In this document: positions 61,033 through 64,000 of the stretch, one piece after another | Layout of the letters: each line of letters opens with the position of its first letter | Numbering within the stretch: the stretch's first letter is position 1 | Source: Oscillospiraceae bacterium | GTDB taxonomy: Bacteria > Bacillota > Clostridia > Oscillospirales > CAG-272 | Length of the DNA: 64,000 bases | Assembly (NCBI GenBank): GCA_015064025.1 | Contig: SVSZ01000001.1 | Location: forward strand, 1,705 to 65,704 | Direction of reading: 5' to 3' | Notes under the pieces: generated by a model | The model's database searches: none | What the model was told of the DNA's origin: nothing | Seen by the model: the letters and a program-made list of their open reading frames with translations, nothing else | Position numbers and translations under genes: made by a program

Positions 61033-63390
61033 TTACGTCGCCGGAACTGTGCCGTTTGCAAAAGCGGTCAGGATATCAAGATTTTCCCGATTCCACTGAA
61101 TATTCTCATCCGCAAGAGCTGCGATCGCTACGTTTTTGATGCTCCGTTTCGTCATATCGGAGTAGAAGGTATACTCATCTCCATCGATTTCGAGGGTAAC
61201 GTATCCAATTGCCGCGAATTCACGACTGACGTTCGAGGCGCGGATATTTGTAATGCTTCCTGCCATATAGTCCCCTTCGGGAAGCCCTACCGCCTCCGCA
61301 TAGGGATAATAAACACCGTCAAACTTGACGTCCAGATAATTGGTTGCATTCCCAAGGGCATCCAAGGCTTCCTTGGTAAACGCTCCCGCACGGGTCACGT
61401 AGTCAGCAGGTGCAATCAACGTTCCCATGTCCTTGATCGCGGCGTCACCGAAAAGGTCGGACAGATGCTCCAGAACATGTGTATCAACCCGTGTCGCAAA
61501 GCGCAAGCCTGTGGGCTCTGCCAAACGAATTGACGCCCCCTCCACAATTTCCAACGCGCCCTGCACGTAACGGGAAAGCGCATTTTCGTCCAACACCTTA
61601 CCGTTCAAGTCGGCATTCGACAAATCCACCTTCGAGGTCACAAGGACATCATCGATATAAACGCCGCCCGAATACTCCGCACCTGTGATATTGGTCGATC
61701 TTTGTATTTTTGCAAAGCTCCATTTGGAGGTGTTGTCGTATCCCACGGAGAGATTGGTCGCCCCCACCGTTTCTTGCTTGGCAAAAACGTTGTTGACGTA
61801 CATGTCGTACACACCCGTCTCAAGATTGAAGAACACCGTTACTGTGTTCCATTCCCCTATGGAAAGATGCATATTTGTACCGTCAAAGCGTCCCGAATCC
61901 ATTTCGATCACGTACATCTGGATCCACGTTCCCGTGGAAGCTCCCGCATTGTACTTATATCCCTCAAATTGGATCTCAAGCTTCCCCGTAGAATTTTCTT
62001 CGATAAAATACTTTGCCTCCAAGAGAAGCTGAGGTGTAGTGTCATACGTAAAGCTTGTATGTCCCACCTTGAACGCCTTGGCTACGTTGGCAGCGCCACA
62101 GGCAGTCTCTGCAAGCGAATCCCTTACCACGTATACCACCGTGCCGTCGTAGGTGGTGATATATTTTCCTGTGCTCGGTTCCCACGTAAAGGTGTACGGG
62201 GTACCGTCCACAGTGCCTGTGGAGGGAGATGTGGGATCCCACTCAAGGTTCCACGCTTTCACGCTTCTTCCGTCGCGTGTGATCAGCGCGTAGGAATCCT
62301 CCGAGGAAGCTGCGGACATATCCAAGTACACCGCGCGATTTCCGTCCTCTGCGGTGACCGTCTTTGCCAAGGAAGGAACGGACGGGAAGAGCGATGCGTC
62401 CGTCAAGAGGACTCCCTCATCCGAAAAATCAACGTACGTCCTTGTAAATTCATCCTCATCGGCAAAATACATTTCTACGTTATCATATTGAACGTAACCG
62501 CCGTAGCTCGTGGGTGCGCCGCTGCGGTCGGTCTGGAAGCCGAACGACTTTTCAGTCAAGCTGATACTTGTATTGACGGGCGCGCTTGTATTTTGCTGTA
62601 CAGAAGCCATCGTTCCATTGACAAATACGGAGCGCTGTGCCGTAGAAAGGTCAATGAGGATCGCTACGCTGTGCCACTTACCCAGTGAAAGCGTTACAGC
62701 ACCGCCTGAAAGATCAACACCGTTTTCGTGATGATCAAAGGATGCCGCCGTTCCCGAGGACTTGATCTCAAAGAGCTCAACGTTCCCGCCCGAGGATCCG
62801 ATACGGGAGGAAATTCCCGCAGAGCATGCAAAATCAGCCGAAAGATAGAGATCAAGCTTGATGGCAACGTATCTTCCGTTGGTATTCGAAAAAGCGGGGT
62901 TATTCAGCACCGTCGCGGTTGCAATATTTCCGGCACCTACGTACGCATCCGCAAATGCACCGCTGACAACGCAGTAGGTCTTCCCACCCGACGTGAAGGA
63001 GCCGCTGACGGGTTTTGCCGTGTTGACGGTCGCATTCGTGAAGGCAACACCGTTTGCCGCCGTACCGCTAAGGAGAGAACCGTTAAGAGTTGGCGACGTG
63101 ATTTCAGAGAGCGAATTCGAAGCTGACTCCCATAGATAATAATCATAATTGCCTTGCGGCTTTACGTCCAATTGAAGAACGTCTCCGTGTGATGCGGAAT
63201 CATTCGTCGCGGCTGTCAGTGCGGCGCCGGATGCATGCCTTTCCTTAACAACGCTTGAAAGCTCTGCCCCGTCAAAGCTCTGTACGTATTCCTTTTGTGT
63301 CTCTGCAAATACAGACGTGGGCACAAGAGAGAACAGGAGCACGACCGAAAGAAGGACTGCCAAAGACCTACGCGTTTTTTGAAATTTCAT
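61033..63390 (-). CDS. 785-aa secreted surface protein, paralog of 50446-54717
   Basis: Signal peptide MKFQKTRRSLAVLLSVVLLFSLVPTSVFA. IGEWNTVTVFFNLETGVYDMYVNN, FAKIQR, GLRFATRV...GTLIAPADYV...NYLDVKF, all collinear with the 1,423-aa protein. Confidence 0.85.
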   Translation of the reverse strand: MKFQKTRRSLAVLLSVVLLFSLVPTSVFAETQKEYVQSFDGAELSSVVKERHASGAALTAATNDSASHGDVLQLDVKPQGNYDYYLWESASNSLSEITSPTLNGSLLSGTAANGVAFTNATVNTAKPVSGSFTSGGKTYCVVSGAFADAYVGAGNIATATVLNNPAFSNTNGRYVAIKLDLYLSADFACSAGISSRIGSSGGNVELFEIKSSGTAASFDHHENGVDLSGGAVTLSLGKWHSVAILIDLSTAQRSVFVNGTMASVQQNTSAPVNTSISLTEKSFGFQTDRSGAPTSYGGYVQYDNVEMYFADEDEFTRTYVDFSDEGVLLTDASLFPSVPSLAKTVTAEDGNRAVYLDMSAASSEDSYALITRDGRSVKAWNLEWDPTSPSTGTVDGTPYTFTWEPSTGKYITTYDGTVVYVVRDSLAETACGAANVAKAFKVGHTSFTYDTTPQLLLEAKYFIEENSTGKLEIQFEGYKYNAGASTGTWIQMYVIEMDSGRFDGTNMHLSIGEWNTVTVFFNLETGVYDMYVNNVFAKQETVGATNLSVGYDNTSKWSFAKIQRSTNITGAEYSGGVYIDDVLVTSKVDLSNADLNGKVLDENALSRYVQGALEIVEGASIRLAEPTGLRFATRVDTHVLEHLSDLFGDAAIKDMGTLIAPADYVTRAGAFTKEALDALGNATNYLDVKFDGVYYPYAEAVGLPEGDYMAGSITNIRASNVSREFAAIGYVTLEIDGDEYTFYSDMTKRSIKNVAIAALADENIQWNRENLDILTAFANGTVPAT

Positions 63391-63529
63391 GATTTTTCTT
63401 CCTTTCTTCGCGGATTCAAAAAGAAAAACGAATCAAATAAAAAGCTGTTATCAAAACGAAAATCCGTCTGTGAGTGAGTAGACGAACAGAAAATGCCCTT
63501 CCCTTTTTTCAAAAAGGATCTGACATTTT

Positions 63530-63558
63530 ATTTTATCATTTTTTACACATTTTGTCAA
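63530..63558 (-). promoter_or_regulatory. Promoter of the 785-aa gene
   Basis: On the minus strand: TTGACA (63558-63553), 17 nt, TAAAAT (63535-63530). It shares a 22-nt identical block with the glyQS promoter. Confidence 0.7.
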
Positions 63559-63608
63559 GAAGAAAAGGAAACAAAATGAACGTACGCAAATTGGTGCGGT
63601 TGCACAAC

Positions 63609-64000
63609 TCCTTCCGTCACAGCTTCGCCGCGAACCCCCAAAGCTCGCAAGCTCGCTTCGGGGAACCCCGTCGCCGCGAACCCCCAAAGCTCGCGAGCTC
63701 GCTTCGGGGAACCCCGGAGGGGGCTAACCTGCTGTCGTTTTGCAGATTTCATTGGAACAAAAGCAACCCACTACACCGCAGGTCGCCCCTACGGGTATAA
63801 TTGCCCTCCGTTCGTGCACGCCCACTCCTCCCCGCACCGCAAAGCGGTGTTCCCCTCCTCTCGGAGGAGGGCTAAAGCGCGGCGAAGCCGTGACGGAGAG
63901 GGTAGCCTCCCACTCTGGGGGAGGTGGCGCGGCGAACCGTGTTCGCACCCGATGATACGGTAGGGGCGACCTGCGGTCGCCCGCATAGCCTCCCTCTTTG
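63609..64000. repeat. GC-rich intergenic repeat mosaic, locus C (runs to the window edge)
   Basis: 46-nt tandem duplication at 63625-63670 and 63671-63716 (1 mismatch). 17-bp perfect inverted repeat CCGCAGGTCGCCCCTAC (63776-63792) with 63960-63976. Family motif TGACGGAGAGGG at 63891-63902. Confidence 0.85.

Noticed and set aside
63740-63955. Small ORFs translated from the GC-rich repeats (63740-63955, 63724-63948, 63789-63986, 50052-50315, 55060-55242, 55309-55566).
   Set aside because: They lie entirely within palindromic repeat elements and are readable on both strands. They have no RBS, and their peptide strings (GEAVTERV and similar) are by-products of the repeat sequence.

Overview
The window is a chromosomal segment from a mid-GC, spore-forming Clostridia-type Firmicute. 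Markers for that call are sigG, ireB, a ylbF-like gene, class-A RNase P RNA, rpsF-ssb-rpsR, miaB-ylbF-mutS-mutL-tgt and proBAC. About 45 ordinary housekeeping genes are readable, with many consensus TTGACA-17-TATAAT promoters and GC hairpin terminators. All family names come from motifs I recognise by eye; no search was run.

Five things stand out.

1. A 4.7 kb low-GC insertion (17948-22646) is flanked by a 10-bp direct repeat, between the rnpB terminator and an LRR lipoprotein gene. It looks like a self-contained cassette: its own terminator, a consensus promoter with duplicated operator-like repeats, and a 23-codon Cys-rich mini-ORF whose stop codon lies in a terminator-like hairpin. Behind these sit a secreted DNRLRE/ricin/Big2/ricin/CHAT-like (caspase-fold) protein, cut off from its signal peptide by one in-frame TAA, and a lipoprotein of unknown function.

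2. A roughly 1,800-aa lipoprotein carries 16 tandem 40-aa Asp/His/Cys repeats that I cannot assign to a named family, plus three DUF6273-like modules.

3. Two paralogous giant surface proteins (1,423 and 785 aa) have related promoters. They are bracketed by a GC-rich mosaic repeat family at 50.2, 55.1-55.6 and 63.6-64.0 kb, which includes an array of short hairpins punctuated by TGAGG.

4. A second low-GC islet (GLUG lipoprotein plus XRE regulator) lies next to tRNA-Ala. The 3' end of that tRNA and its downstream module are duplicated.

5. A truncated DUF559 gene abuts the stop codon of the 785-aa gene.

I saw no CRISPR array, rRNA, transposase or integrase.
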